Source of the DNA: an uncultured Apibacter sp.
Lineage (GTDB): Bacteria > Bacteroidota > Bacteroidia > Flavobacteriales > Weeksellaceae
DNA: 64,000 bases
Direction: 5' to 3'
NCBI GenBank assembly: GCA_945280365.1
Contig: CALYQD010000004.1
Location: forward strand, 8,571-72,570
Shown here piece by piece: positions 1 through 10,623 of this stretch (positions within the stretch are counted from its first letter, which is position 1; every line of letters begins with the position of its first letter). The position numbers and the translations under genes are program-made. The notes beneath the pieces are model-generated. The model was not told where the DNA came from. It saw nothing but the letters and a program-made list of their open reading frames with translations, and did not search any database.

Positions 1-1
1 T

Positions 2-493
2 TTAAGATATTTTAATCCGGTAGGTGCTCATCCATCCTCATTAATAGGAGAGTTGCCGAGAGGAATTCCCAGTAATTTGATGCCTTTCGTAACACAAACA
101 GCTATAGGGATTAGAAAAGAATTAACAGTTTACGGTAATAATTATAATACCGCTGATGGTACTTGTATAAGAGACTATATTCATGTTGTTGATTTAGCCA
201 AGGCACATGTGAATGCTTGCGAATATCTTCTTGCAGGAAAAAATATATCATCCTTTGAAACATTCAACATAGGAACAGGAGTCGGAAATTCTGTATTAGA
301 GATAATTCAGACTTTTGAAAAAGTTAATGAAATTAAAGTCCCTTATACTATTGGAGAAAGGAGAAAAGGAGATGTTGAAAGCATCTATGCTAATTGTGAT
401 AAAGCTAATCGGATTTTAAGATGGAAAGCTCAATACACAGTAGAAGAAATGGTTAAAGATGCATGGAATTGGGAGAAAACATATAGAAAATAA
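2..493 (+). CDS. galE: UDP-glucose 4-epimerase, C-terminal portion (5' end lies upstream of the window)
   Basis: Frame 2 is open from base 2 (LRYFNPVGAHPSSLIGELPRGIPSNLMPF...). The YFNP.GAHPS..IGE and IRDYIHV.DLA motifs are typical of GalE. The M at 53 in the ORF track is an internal TTG, not a real start. Confidence 0.85.
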   Translation, partial: LRYFNPVGAHPSSLIGELPRGIPSNLMPFVTQTAIGIRKELTVYGNNYNTADGTCIRDYIHVVDLAKAHVNACEYLLAGKNISSFETFNIGTGVGNSVLEIIQTFEKVNEIKVPYTIGERRKGDVESIYANCDKANRILRWKAQYTVEEMVKDAWNWEKTYRK

Positions 494-512
494 ACTAAAA
501 TATACCTAAGTT

Positions 513-1784
513 ATGGAGTCAAAAAAAATATTCGAATTAATCGAAAAGGAAAAACAAAGACAAACTAAAGGATTAGAACTAATAGCTTCAGAAAATTTTG
601 TAAGTGATGAGGTGATGAAAGCTGCCGGTTCTGTATTAACTAATAAGTATGCGGAGGGATATCCCGGAAGACGTTATTATGGAGGATGTGAAATTATAGA
701 TCAAATAGAAGAAATTGCTATAGAAAGTGCAAAAAAATTATTTGGAGCAGCTTATGTCAATGTACAGCCACATTCAGGGGCACAAGCAAATGCAGCAGTA
801 TTTCTTGCTTGTTTAAAGCCTGGTGATAAAGTAATGGGATTAGATCTCGCACATGGAGGGCATCTTACCCATGGCTCTCCCGTTAATTTTTCAGGATTAA
901 ATTACGATCCGGTTTTTTATAAAGTAAATAAAGAAGATGGAAGGATAAACTATGAAGATATGATGGCTACAGCAAGGAGAGAAAAGCCAAAAATGATTAT
1001 AGTAGGGGCTTCTGCATATTCAAGAGATTTTAATTATAAGAAATTTAGGGAAGTTGCAGATGAGATTGGTGCGATTTTAATGGCTGATATCTCTCATCCG
1101 GCAGGATTAATAGCGAAAGGAATATTAAGTGATCCATTACCCTATTGTCATATAGTCACTACAACTACTCACAAAACTCTTCGAGGTACAAGAGGAGGAA
1201 TGATTATGCTGGGGAAAGATTTCGAAAATCCATTTGGATATAAAACACCAAAAGGAGAAATAAAAATGATGTCACAAGTATTTGATGGAGCAGTATTTCC
1301 TGGTACGCAAGGAGGTCCTTTAGAACACATAATTGCTGCAAAGGCAATTACATTTATCGAGGCGCTTAGTGATGAGTTTCTTGTATATGCTCATCAAGTA
1401 GTGAAAAATGCACAAGTTTTATCAAAATCATTGATTGAAAGGGGTTTTGAAATTATATCAGGAGGTACAGATAATCATTTAATGTTAATTGATTTACATA
1501 ATAAAAATATTACGGGTAAAGTAGCTGAAAAAGTTTTAGAAAAGGCAGCTATAACTTGTAATAAAAATATGATTCCTTATGATGACAGAAGTCCTTTCAT
1601 CACCTCAGGAATTAGATTTGGAACTGCAGCTGTTACCACCAGAGGGCTTAAAGAAAACGATATGATAAAAATTGCTGATTTTGTTAATGAAGTTATTGAT
1701 AATCCTGAAAATGATAAGGTTTTAAATAAGGTAAGAGAAGAAGTGAATTCTCTTATGGATTCAAGACCTTTATTTAATTGGTAA
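513..1784 (+). CDS. glyA: serine hydroxymethyltransferase
   Basis: 423 aa and colinear with SHMT. It has [23 protein letters not shown] and the PLP-lysine motif [14 protein letters not shown]. Confidence 0.97.
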   Translation: MESKKIFELIEKEKQRQTKGLELIASENFVSDEVMKAAGSVLTNKYAEGYPGRRYYGGCEIIDQIEEIAIESAKKLFGAAYVNVQPHSGAQANAAVFLACLKPGDKVMGLDLAHGGHLTHGSPVNFSGLNYDPVFYKVNKEDGRINYEDMMATARREKPKMIIVGASAYSRDFNYKKFREVADEIGAILMADISHPAGLIAKGILSDPLPYCHIVTTTTHKTLRGTRGGMIMLGKDFENPFGYKTPKGEIKMMSQVFDGAVFPGTQGGPLEHIIAAKAITFIEALSDEFLVYAHQVVKNAQVLSKSLIERGFEIISGGTDNHLMLIDLHNKNITGKVAEKVLEKAAITCNKNMIPYDDRSPFITSGIRFGTAAVTTRGLKENDMIKIADFVNEVIDNPENDKVLNKVREEVNSLMDSRPLFNW

Positions 1785-2009
1785 TTTAAAAATCGAAATC
1801 TGGTAATTATTAAGACAATTGAAAATATGGAAGCTAAATAAATTATATTACTCGTGAATTTGAATTAATTTCCATATTTATTATAATAGATATTATTTAT
1901 AATTATATTTATTTTTATTTTTATTTTATATTGATATATTGACATGAAAAATGGTTTTTGCAAAAATGTTATTTTTTTTGTATTTTTCGCATTTTAAAAT
2001 ATTAAAAAA

Positions 2010-3779
2010 ATGAAAGTCACTAGGCTATTTGACATTCTATATTATCAATTACGAAATAGACCGATTGATGTCTCAATTGCAACTAAAAAAGATGGTAGTT
2101 GGAAGAAAATTTCCACACAATCGCTAATAGATCAGGTAAACCAGGTAAGTAGAGGTCTTTTAAATTATGGGATAAATCCTCAGGATAGAATAGCTTTAAT
2201 TACTTCAGTAAATAGATCTGAATGGTTAATAATGGATTTTGCAATACAGCAAATTGGAGCAGTAAGTGTTCCTATCTATCCTACGATGAGTGATGATGAT
2301 TTGACGTTCATTTTAAACAACAGTGAGTCCAAATTTTGTCTTGTATCGGATAAGAAAATATATGATAAAGTACATAATATAAAAGATCAATGCCCAAATA
2401 TAACTAGCCTATTTACTTTTGATGAGATAGAAGGCGCATTAAACTGGAATAAAATTAAAAAGAAGGGAGAAGAAATCTCCAACCAGCAAGATGTTGAAAA
2501 TTTAAAAAATTCTATCGAACCCGATAGATGGGTGACATTGATTTATACATCAGGAACTACAGGAAGACCTAAAGGTGTAATGCTGTCACATAAAAATATA
2601 TTAACTAATGTACTAGATTGTCACGTTAGGTTTGTGATGGAGAATGATGAAAAATTTAGAATTTTAAGCATCCTCCCTATCTGCCATATTTTAGAAAGAA
2701 TGGTTGATTATGTTTTTATGTATAAGTCTTATGGGATATACTTTGCAGAGGGTATGGATAAATTAGCATCCAATTTTCAAGAAGTCAAACCAGATGTAAT
2801 ATTGGTAGTTCCTAGAATAGTAGAAAAATTATACGCATCGATTTATAATAAAGGAACTTCAGGAGGATGGTTAAAGAAGCAGATATTTTTATGGGCACTT
2901 AGTGTAGCTAAAAAATTTGAGCCTTTCAAACCAGCGAGCCTTTCCCATAAAATAGCAGATTTTTTAGTATTTAAAAAGTGGAGAGAAGCAGTAGGAAATA
3001 ATTTGCAATTAATTATATGCGGAAGTGCTGCCTTATCTGAGAATTTATGCAGAATTTTTAATGCTGCCGGATTAAAAATTTCCGAGGGATATGGAATGAC
3101 GGAAACCTCTCCGGTTATAACTGTAAACGGAAGAACGAAAGATTTATTCTGTTTAGGCACAGTAGGTCCCTTATTAAATAGCTGTAAAGTGAAAATTGCT
3201 GAGGACGGAGAAATATTAACGAAAGGTTCTAATGTGTTTTTAGGTTATTATAAAGACGAAGAAAAAACAAGAGAGATTTATACTGATGACGGATGGTTGA
3301 AAACCGGAGATATTGGCTACATAAAAGACGGATTTTTAAAAATTACGGATAGAAAAAAAGAAATATTTAAGACTTCAGGAGGAAAATATATCATACCTCA
3401 GATAACCGAAAATAACCTAAAACAATCTAGATTTATAGGAGAGGCAATGGTTGTAGGTGATGGTGAAAAAATGCCATGCGCGCTAATACAACCTGATTTT
3501 GAATTTATTCTTAAATATATTAAGTATAAAAATCTACATATGAATACTACGATTTCTCCTGAAGAAATTGTAAAAAATAAGGTTATTAGAGAGAGAATAA
3601 TGCAGGATGTTGAAAAAGTAAACAAATTATTAGGTAAATGGGAACAAATTAAAAAGATTGAGCTTACTCCAACGGTTTGGTCTGTGGAAAGTGGTGAATT
3701 AACCCCTACATTAAAATTAAAAAGAAAATATATTAAAGAAAAATATATCAATCTATATAATAAGCTATATGACAGATAA
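2010..3779 (+). CDS. AMP-dependent long-chain fatty acid-CoA ligase
   Basis: 589 aa with the AMP-binding signature YTSGTTGRPKGV, plus GYGMTE and TGDIG motifs and a C-terminal LTPTLKLKR. Confidence 0.85.
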   Translation: MKVTRLFDILYYQLRNRPIDVSIATKKDGSWKKISTQSLIDQVNQVSRGLLNYGINPQDRIALITSVNRSEWLIMDFAIQQIGAVSVPIYPTMSDDDLTFILNNSESKFCLVSDKKIYDKVHNIKDQCPNITSLFTFDEIEGALNWNKIKKKGEEISNQQDVENLKNSIEPDRWVTLIYTSGTTGRPKGVMLSHKNILTNVLDCHVRFVMENDEKFRILSILPICHILERMVDYVFMYKSYGIYFAEGMDKLASNFQEVKPDVILVVPRIVEKLYASIYNKGTSGGWLKKQIFLWALSVAKKFEPFKPASLSHKIADFLVFKKWREAVGNNLQLIICGSAALSENLCRIFNAAGLKISEGYGMTETSPVITVNGRTKDLFCLGTVGPLLNSCKVKIAEDGEILTKGSNVFLGYYKDEEKTREIYTDDGWLKTGDIGYIKDGFLKITDRKKEIFKTSGGKYIIPQITENNLKQSRFIGEAMVVGDGEKMPCALIQPDFEFILKYIKYKNLHMNTTISPEEIVKNKVIRERIMQDVEKVNKLLGKWEQIKKIELTPTVWSVESGELTPTLKLKRKYIKEKYINLYNKLYDR

Positions 3780-3849
3780 ATTTATACTCTTATTAAGCTA
3801 TTTTGTCATAATTTTTATTTGGCTTTAGTTTTGCTTTTATGGAATTATT

Positions 3850-4170
3850 ATGAAAAACAATGACAATATAAAAATATTTGCAAATAAAAGTGAAAATCCT
3901 GACGATTTTTATATAAGATTTAAGGAGCAATTAGATACAGAGCATCATTTCCCCGGAAATTATATGTTTAAATTTATTATTCTGACAGAAAGCAAAAAAA
4001 TAGCTCAATTGCATAAAATTTTTGACCATAGTGGAGCTTCTTTTTCTATCAAAGAAAGTAAAAATAGAAAATATACTAGTATTACTGTAAATATATATGC
4101 CGTTGACGCTCACTCAGTTGTAGAATATTATAAAGAAGCTAGTACTCTAGAAGGAATAGTTATGTTGTAA
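3850..4170 (+). CDS. DUF493/YbeD-like small protein
   Basis: 106 aa. The pattern FPGNYMFKFI ... KYTSITVNIYA ... VEYYKE ... IVML parallels E. coli YbeD (FP..Y.FKV ... Y.SVSITI.A ... MVL). Confidence 0.6.
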   Translation: MKNNDNIKIFANKSENPDDFYIRFKEQLDTEHHFPGNYMFKFIILTESKKIAQLHKIFDHSGASFSIKESKNRKYTSITVNIYAVDAHSVVEYYKEASTLEGIVML

Positions 4171-4195
4171 ATTAGTAATGTAAAAATTATAACTC

Positions 4196-4232
4196 AAATC
4201 ATCAGAAAAACTTTTCTGATGATTTTTATTTT
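4196..4232 (+). terminator. rho-independent terminator after the DUF493 gene
   Basis: Perfect 14-bp inverted repeat AAATCATCAGAAAA / TTTTCTGATGATTT followed by a T-run. Confidence 0.7.
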
Positions 4233-4453
4233 TCAAGAAGCTATAACCAATTAAATTTGGTTTTACTCTTAAATTTAATAATCTTTCTATTACTAAAAAT
4301 AGATATTCAATAAATGGTTAATGAATGCTCATATACATAATTAGATAGTGAAATGTATAAAAATTACAAAACTAATTACATTATATTATATAATACATAT
4401 ATTGAAAACTAAAAAATATTTCACAAATAATGTTTACATTTTGAAAATATTTT

Positions 4454-5146
4454 ATGGATAAGAAATTGATCTTGAATAGAATAAAAGAATATAATAATTT
4501 CAAAACAGATAAGGAATTAGCAGATTTTCTCACTATTAGCAAGTCTACATTATCAAATTGGTACAATAGAAATTCTATTGATTATGATTTAGTGTTTTCA
4601 AAATGTGGACTTATTGATAAAAATTGGCTACTTACAGGTAAGGAAGAAACGTTAAAGGAAAACGCTGATAATGCTATAAATATCACTTCTATTAATATTA
4701 GTAGAAAAACTAAAGATGCTATAAAAGATACACAAGATATACCTTTATATGATTTAAGAGCTACAGCAGGATTAGAAGAACTATTTAAAGGAACATCTAA
4801 CGATGCTATATTAGATCGTATAAGAGTACCTGGAGTAGCTTCCTGCGATGGTGCAATTTATATAACGGGAGATTCTATGTATCCACTATTAAAAAGTGGA
4901 GATATGATATTATATAAGGAGGTAGATATTAACAGAATATTCTGGGGAGAAATATACTTATTATCAGTAAAAGTAACAGATTGGGAAGAATACATTACTG
5001 TGAAATTTATCCAAAAATCAGAATTAGGCGACAACTATGTAAAATTAGTGAGTCAAAACCACCACCATCAACCAAAAGATATTTTACTTTCTGATATATC
5101 CGCAATAGCCTTGGTTCGTGCAAGTATTCGATTACATTCTTCTTAA
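4454..5146 (+). CDS. CI/LexA-like repressor (N-terminal HTH, C-terminal S24 peptidase domain)
   Basis: 230 aa. The N-terminus (DKELADFLTISKSTLSNWYNRN) resembles a phage CI-type HTH. The C-terminus has the S24 motif ITGDSMYPLLKSGDMILYKEV and a downstream lysine-containing beta region. Confidence 0.75.
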   Translation: MDKKLILNRIKEYNNFKTDKELADFLTISKSTLSNWYNRNSIDYDLVFSKCGLIDKNWLLTGKEETLKENADNAINITSINISRKTKDAIKDTQDIPLYDLRATAGLEELFKGTSNDAILDRIRVPGVASCDGAIYITGDSMYPLLKSGDMILYKEVDINRIFWGEIYLLSVKVTDWEEYITVKFIQKSELGDNYVKLVSQNHHHQPKDILLSDISAIALVRASIRLHSS

Positions 5147-5508
5147 TTACGCACTAAAAAGAGGCTACTTTTAAATCGATTTTTACACAAACGAATGATA
5201 ATCAATTAATTAGCATAGTATTATATAATAAAATTATTTCGTTACACCTTAATTATAAATGCGTTTTTGATGGTTACAAGATGTTTTTAGTGTATAACAT
5301 ATAAATTACAGAGTTAATAGTTTCATGTTTTTGCGGACCTAACTGCAGACCTTATACAAAAAAACATATTTTTTGTTATCTATCATTTAGGTTTGTAAAT
5401 GTTATCCTTTAAATATTGTTGTTAACCCTCAATGGTAGGTAAGTCCCTTTGTTTATAAGGTTTGCAGGTGTGTTTATAGTATAGTTACCCCCATTGCTCA
5501 AATAGGAG

Positions 5509-5533
5509 ATAAAAAAACGCCAGAAAAGGCGTT
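5509..5533 (-). terminator. rho-independent terminator on the minus strand inside a 620-bp non-coding gap
   Basis: On the minus strand this reads AACGCC-TTTTCT-GGCGTT followed by TTTTTTT. It lies about 240 nt downstream of the ABC ATPase gene. Confidence 0.55.
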
Positions 5534-5770
5534 ATTATGCGGTCTATAGTAATATTCGGGATATTGGGGTAGGCTGGCGGTAATAAAGTCTAAATACCCC
5601 CAATTAAAAGGGGATTCTACAGAGGAAAAATGGAAGATGAATGGTAATTAATGAACATTTCTTTTAATATAAGTCGAATGCCTTAAATCGTTGTAAATCC
5701 TTTCACAAATAGGCTTTTTTGGCTTTTTTTGTTCTATTCTTTCTTATACATTTCTATAATACCCCTATAA

Positions 5771-6457
5771 TTATTCGTTCACTATTGTACCGTCTTTCAT
5801 AAGAAGGCTTCTGTCAGCCATAGATGCAAGATGAGGATTATGGGTAACAATTATAAAGGTTTGATTAAATTCTTTTCTTAATTGATAAAAAAGTTGATGT
5901 AAGTCCTCAGCATTTGAAGAATCAAGATTTCCGGATGGTTCATCCGCTAAAATAATTTTAGGGTTATTCATTAATGCTCTAGCCACAGAAACTCTTTGCT
6001 GTTCTCCCCCTGATAATTCTCTTGGCTTATGTTCTAGCCGATGAGATAATCTAAGATAACTTAATAAATCTTTAGCTTTTTCAACAAGTTTCGATTTCGA
6101 TTTTCCTGCTATCATTCCAGGAAGCATTACATTTTCTAAAGCAGTAAATTCTGGGAATAATTGATGAAATTGAAAAATAAATCCTATATTTTGATTTCTG
6201 AATAAAGAAAGTTCCTTATCTCGTAATTGGGTTATAGGAAGATTATCGATTTCAATAATACTATGGTATCTATCCGGATTAGAAGGTTTATCTAATGTTC
6301 CTATAATTTGTAAAAGAGTTGATTTACCCGCTCCCGATTCTCCTACTATTGTAACAATTTCCCCTTTTTTAATATGTAAAGAAACACCTTTTAAAACCTC
6401 AAGAGTTCCGAAAGATTTATGTATATTTTGAATAAGTACCATATAATATTTTATCAA
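5771..6457 (-). CDS. ABC transporter ATP-binding protein (LolD-like)
   Basis: Walker A GESGAGKST, ABC signature LSGGEQQRVSVARAL, Walker B ILADEPSGNLD. The true start is probably the internal M at 6442 (MVLIQNIHKSFG). Confidence 0.85.
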   Translation of the reverse strand: MIKYYMVLIQNIHKSFGTLEVLKGVSLHIKKGEIVTIVGESGAGKSTLLQIIGTLDKPSNPDRYHSIIEIDNLPITQLRDKELSLFRNQNIGFIFQFHQLFPEFTALENVMLPGMIAGKSKSKLVEKAKDLLSYLRLSHRLEHKPRELSGGEQQRVSVARALMNNPKIILADEPSGNLDSSNAEDLHQLFYQLRKEFNQTFIIVTHNPHLASMADRSLLMKDGTIVNE

Positions 6458-6470
6458 AAATAATAAAAAA

Positions 6471-8132
6471 TTAATGAATAACTATACTCATATCATTAGA
6501 GAGAATTTTACCGGATATTCCGTAAGGTTTCAAAATCATATAAATTTTATAATCTCCCTGAGGAATTTGAGATACATCTATATAAATAGTATTTTCAAAA
6601 GTGCTTTTAGCTGGAAGTATAATAGTATCATCGATAGGAATAATATTTTGTAGCTTAAAAGTTTTATCTTTTATAAATAAAAATGCAATTTCCTGATTCA
6701 TTTCTTTTCCTAAATGAATTTCAGTATCATAAGGATTTTTCCATTTTATATCAAGAGTTTGAGTTAGATCTTCAGAAGATAAATTTGTCGGATAAACTGT
6801 ACAACTAATTTTAGGATAAGAATGGAAGTCTTCAACAGTTTTATAAAATTCATTCTTTCCTTCTTCATCAAAAAGAAAATTAGAAGAGATATTCTCTAAT
6901 CCGAAAAATGTAATTGTTTTCCCTTGAATTTTTTGTTCAGAATTCCATAGATCATATTGAGAGAATCTATGTATATATACTTGTAAACAATAAGAAGGCA
7001 GGTTCGTATAATAATTATATAAAGCTGCCTTTTGATAGCGTTCAAAAACGGCTATACCCTCATTCACTTCCTTAGCTTCTAAAACAAATTGCTTTAATTT
7101 ATACATAGGTGTTTTATGTATAATGGTAGGAAAAAATAAAGAGATTCTTACTATAAATAGTATAATAATGTAAGCAAAAGAGAGCCGAATTATTTGAAAA
7201 TTCTCTTTTTCTTTAAAGGTTAAGTAGGTTAAAGGAATTAAAGAAATAAATATAATTAAATTCCACTGGGGTTGGATTACCCTTGTGAATGAAAAAATAC
7301 TAAAAAAAAGGATGGCTCCCAAACAAGACCATTTTAAAGATTTTGTCCAAGATAATTTTTTGTCCGAAGGTAATAAAACACTCTTTCCATAAAAATATAT
7401 AAGTAAAGGATTTCCTATTAAAAGAATGCCGAGTATCCATTTTATAAAGGGATAATTTATAGATTTTTTCTTGGCCCTTTCAAAAAGATGATATTTGATA
7501 GTAACCCAATCGTGAGTATATTGCCAGTATAAATGAGGTGAAAATAGAAATAGAGATATGAATAGACTAAAATAAAACCATTTACTCCTTAAAAGTGAGG
7601 AAATAAAAGGTAGAAATGTTAAAGTAATAAGTAAAGCACCATGATATTTAGAATACATCATAAGAGCCATAGCTATACCCAAAAATAATGAATTTCTAAG
7701 AGTTTGCTTTTCAGTAAAAGCTTTCCATCTCCATATAAAGATAGAACTGAATAACAATAAAGGCGTATCAGGAGTGGAGATGAATCCTAATGTTTGAAAA
7801 AATCCGACAGACCCAAAAAGACCTAAAAACAAATAATTTTCTTGTAAAGTTTTAGGCTTAAGAATTATCAGCCAAATTATATAAACACTTAAGGAGGATA
7901 GAATAGAGAACATTCTTACCCCCAATGATCCTTGTACAATAAAATAGCCGATCTTGATAAATAAGGCAACCATAGGAGGATGATCGAAATATCCGAAATC
8001 CAGATGTTTAGACCATACCCAGTAATAAGCTTCATCATCAATTAAGGGCAGGGTTATGGATTGAAATATATTTAGTATGAATAATATACTTATAAATAAT
8101 GCTTGGATTTTGTATGTGCTGGTTAATTTCAT
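6471..8132 (-). CDS. polytopic membrane glycosyltransferase, GT39/ArnT-like (PMT_2 type)
   Basis: 553 aa with many TM helices in the first ~330 aa. The N-terminal motif DEAYYWVWSKHLDFGYFDHPPMVA is typical of the ArnT/PMT-like family. Confidence 0.7.
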   Translation of the reverse strand: MKLTSTYKIQALFISILFILNIFQSITLPLIDDEAYYWVWSKHLDFGYFDHPPMVALFIKIGYFIVQGSLGVRMFSILSSLSVYIIWLIILKPKTLQENYLFLGLFGSVGFFQTLGFISTPDTPLLLFSSIFIWRWKAFTEKQTLRNSLFLGIAMALMMYSKYHGALLITLTFLPFISSLLRSKWFYFSLFISLFLFSPHLYWQYTHDWVTIKYHLFERAKKKSINYPFIKWILGILLIGNPLLIYFYGKSVLLPSDKKLSWTKSLKWSCLGAILFFSIFSFTRVIQPQWNLIIFISLIPLTYLTFKEKENFQIIRLSFAYIIILFIVRISLFFPTIIHKTPMYKLKQFVLEAKEVNEGIAVFERYQKAALYNYYTNLPSYCLQVYIHRFSQYDLWNSEQKIQGKTITFFGLENISSNFLFDEEGKNEFYKTVEDFHSYPKISCTVYPTNLSSEDLTQTLDIKWKNPYDTEIHLGKEMNQEIAFLFIKDKTFKLQNIIPIDDTIILPAKSTFENTIYIDVSQIPQGDYKIYMILKPYGISGKILSNDMSIVIH

Positions 8133-8184
8133 TAGAATTATTTATAATGTGTAAAATTATAATTAAATATTAATCCATATATAT

Positions 8185-8217
8185 AAAAAACTTCTGGATC
8201 ACAGTTGTGCCAGAAGT
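8185..8217 (-). terminator. rho-independent terminator downstream of ilvE
   Basis: On the minus strand this reads ACTTCTGG-loop-CCAGAAGT followed by TTTTTT. Confidence 0.75.
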
Positions 8218-8259
8218 CAGTATTATACAGATATATTCTATTAAAAAAATAGAATAATC

Positions 8260-9309
8260 TTATACTTTATATCTCCACCCAAATGGATCCTCTAGTTCGT
8301 TTGTTTGAATTCCTACCAGTTGCTTTTTAAGAAAAACAGCATAGCTATCTTCATCAGACAATTGAGGCAATTCCATAATCGTATCCTTATAACCTAAGTG
8401 AGAATATCTTGATATAACAACTGCCGTACCACATCCGAAAATTTCTTTTAAATTACCGTCTTGATATGCTTTTACTATATTATCTACAGATATTCTTTCT
8501 TCAATTATATTTAGATTATGATGCTTGGCCAGCTTTACCAAACTATCTCTGGTTATACCGCTTAATATTGTTGTCGAAGTAGGAGGAGTATAAATGGTAT
8601 CTCCAATTCTTACCATAACATTCATAGTACCGGATTCTTCAAAATAGCTATGACTTTTACTATCCGTCCAGATAACCTGATCGAAACCGTCTTTATTAGC
8701 TAATGCAGTTGGATAAAATGATGCTCCATAATTACCTGCACATTTGGTAAAACCAACCCCACCATCAACAGCACGAGTATAATAATCTTCAATCTTAATT
8801 TTTAAGGGTTTATCATAATAAATTCCAGCTGGGGAAGTCATTATCGCAAAAGTATATTTCTTAGATATTCTAGCAGAAAACATTTCCTCAGAAGCGTACA
8901 TTACCGGACGAATATATAAAGAAATTCCAGGCTTAGTAGGAATCCATCCACGATCTAGGTCTATTAAAGCATACAATCCGTCTAAAAAAATTTCTTTCGG
9001 AATTTCAGGCATAGCAAGACGAACTGCAGATTTATTAAATCTCTCAAAATTATTTTCTGGGCGGAATAAAAATACCTCATTGTTTTTATCCTTATAAGCT
9101 TTCATCCCTTCAAAAATAGCTTGTCCATAATGAAGCGCCATTAAAGCAGGTGAATAATTCATCGATCCATATGGCATAATAACCGGTTCTCCCCATTTTC
9201 CATTTTCGTATTCACATATCAGCATATGATCGGAAATGTTCGCGCCAAACGGAGAATTATTTGGATCTATTTTATCTAATCGAGAATTTGCTATTTTATT
9301 TATTTTCAT
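8260..9309 (-). CDS. ilvE: branched-chain amino acid aminotransferase
   Basis: 349 aa, class IV aminotransferase pattern (HYGQAIFEGMKAY, FRPE.N..R, GG.G..K..GNY, E.SG.N). Confidence 0.9.
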   Translation of the reverse strand: MKINKIANSRLDKIDPNNSPFGANISDHMLICEYENGKWGEPVIMPYGSMNYSPALMALHYGQAIFEGMKAYKDKNNEVFLFRPENNFERFNKSAVRLAMPEIPKEIFLDGLYALIDLDRGWIPTKPGISLYIRPVMYASEEMFSARISKKYTFAIMTSPAGIYYDKPLKIKIEDYYTRAVDGGVGFTKCAGNYGASFYPTALANKDGFDQVIWTDSKSHSYFEESGTMNVMVRIGDTIYTPPTSTTILSGITRDSLVKLAKHHNLNIIEERISVDNIVKAYQDGNLKEIFGCGTAVVISRYSHLGYKDTIMELPQLSDEDSYAVFLKKQLVGIQTNELEDPFGWRYKV

Positions 9310-9388
9310 TACTTAATTATGATTACTTATCATCTTCAAAATTAATAAATAAATCATTTGATAGAATAAAAAGAGTTGTAATTTTGAG

Positions 9389-10075
9389 ATGGATTATAAT
9401 TTTATGCTGAAAAGAACTATTATAAATACGTTAGAAGGAACCAAAACTATACAGATTCCCGAATGGAATGAAACCTATCATTCTCGTCATGGTATTTTGC
9501 AAGAAGCTCAACATGTTTTTATTTCAAATGGATTAGAAAAGGTAAATGTACCTGTGATTTCAATTCTTGAAATGGGATTTGGAACAGGATTAAATGCTTT
9601 ATTAACCTTATATGAGGCTCTAGAAAAAAGCATGAAAATTAGCTATTACACATTAGAGAAATACCCTCTTATTATGGATGAAATCAATCAATTACAATAC
9701 GGTTCCATACTTAATTCAGAAAAAACTGAAGAATATTATAGATTACTTCATGAAGCTGAATGGGGAGTAAATACCCATCTCTGTGAAAATTTTAGTATAA
9801 TTAAATATCAAACAGATTTTAAAAACTTGAAAGACTTACCGATATCAAATATAAATTTGGTTTATTATGATGCATTTGGAGCAAGAGTACAGCCCGAGTT
9901 ATGGGAAGTAAACATATTTAAAAGCATATATGATACGATGACATCGGGAGGGCTTTTAACCACTTATTCCAGTAAAGGAAGTGCTCGTAGAGCAATGCAG
10001 AGTGTTGGTTTTGAGGTTGAAAAGTTAATAGGTCCCAAGGGTAAAAGAGAAATGGTCAATGCATGGAAAAGATAA
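9389..10075 (+). CDS. mnmD: tRNA (5-methylaminomethyl-2-thiouridine) methyltransferase, MnmD/MnmC-methyltransferase-like
   Basis: 228 aa. Motifs ETYHSRHG, ILEMGFGTGLNALLT and YYDAFGARVQPELW match the stand-alone MnmC C-terminal-like methyltransferase of Bacteroidota. Confidence 0.65.
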   Translation: MDYNFMLKRTIINTLEGTKTIQIPEWNETYHSRHGILQEAQHVFISNGLEKVNVPVISILEMGFGTGLNALLTLYEALEKSMKISYYTLEKYPLIMDEINQLQYGSILNSEKTEEYYRLLHEAEWGVNTHLCENFSIIKYQTDFKNLKDLPISNINLVYYDAFGARVQPELWEVNIFKSIYDTMTSGGLLTTYSSKGSARRAMQSVGFEVEKLIGPKGKREMVNAWKR

Positions 10076-10497
10076 ATAAATTAAATGTACGAGTATATGC
10101 GCTATTAATGAAAGATAATAGCCTTATGTTTTTAAACGAAATGTACGCCGGTAAACAATTACTTAAATTACCGGGAGGTGGATTGGAACTAGGAGAGGGT
10201 ACCATACAAACACTGGAGAGAGAATTTAAAGAAGAATTGAATTTAGACGTTACCGTAAAAGAACATTTTTATACACAGGATTTTTTCCTGGAATCGGAAT
10301 TGACGCCGGAAAGTCAGCTACTTACTATTTATTATAAAGTAGATTGTCAAGATTTTTCAAATTTAAAAATTATAGAAAAATCAATAAAAGAAGTGGTTTG
10401 GATTCCTTTGGAAACTATTGAGTTAGATAAGATTCCACTACCTATTGATAAAATTGTAATTAAAAAGTTACTCCAAAAAAACTCCTTTAGTATTTAG
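10063..10497 (+). CDS. NUDIX hydrolase
   Basis: Nudix box LPGGGLELGEGTIQTLEREFKEELNL. Overlaps mnmD by 13 nt. Confidence 0.85.
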   Translation: MEKINKLNVRVYALLMKDNSLMFLNEMYAGKQLLKLPGGGLELGEGTIQTLEREFKEELNLDVTVKEHFYTQDFFLESELTPESQLLTIYYKVDCQDFSNLKIIEKSIKEVVWIPLETIELDKIPLPIDKIVIKKLLQKNSFSI

Positions 10498-10623
10498 AAT
10501 GATTTTACCGATTATATTAATTTATTCTAAATATAAATTCTTTAAAATCAGTTATTTAGAATAAATCTTTAAATCTTAATTTATAATTTTGTATCAAAGT
10601 TTTTAAATAAAATAATAATTGAT

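Noticed and set aside
4381-4566. 61-aa minus-strand ORF overlapping the start of the S24 repressor gene, as a possible divergent Cro-like partner.
   Set aside because: It overlaps the repressor coding region antisense. It is Ile/Phe/Tyr-rich with no HTH pattern, so it is most likely spurious.
5147-5770. Could the large intergenic region encode tmRNA, RNase P RNA, SRP RNA or a riboswitch?
   Set aside because: The conserved hallmarks I know are not present on either strand. These are the RNase P GAGGAAAGTCC-type core, the tmRNA tRNA-like 3' end and tag ORF, and the SRP GGAA/AGCA domain IV motif. Only a generic sRNA possibility is retained as a low-interest finding.
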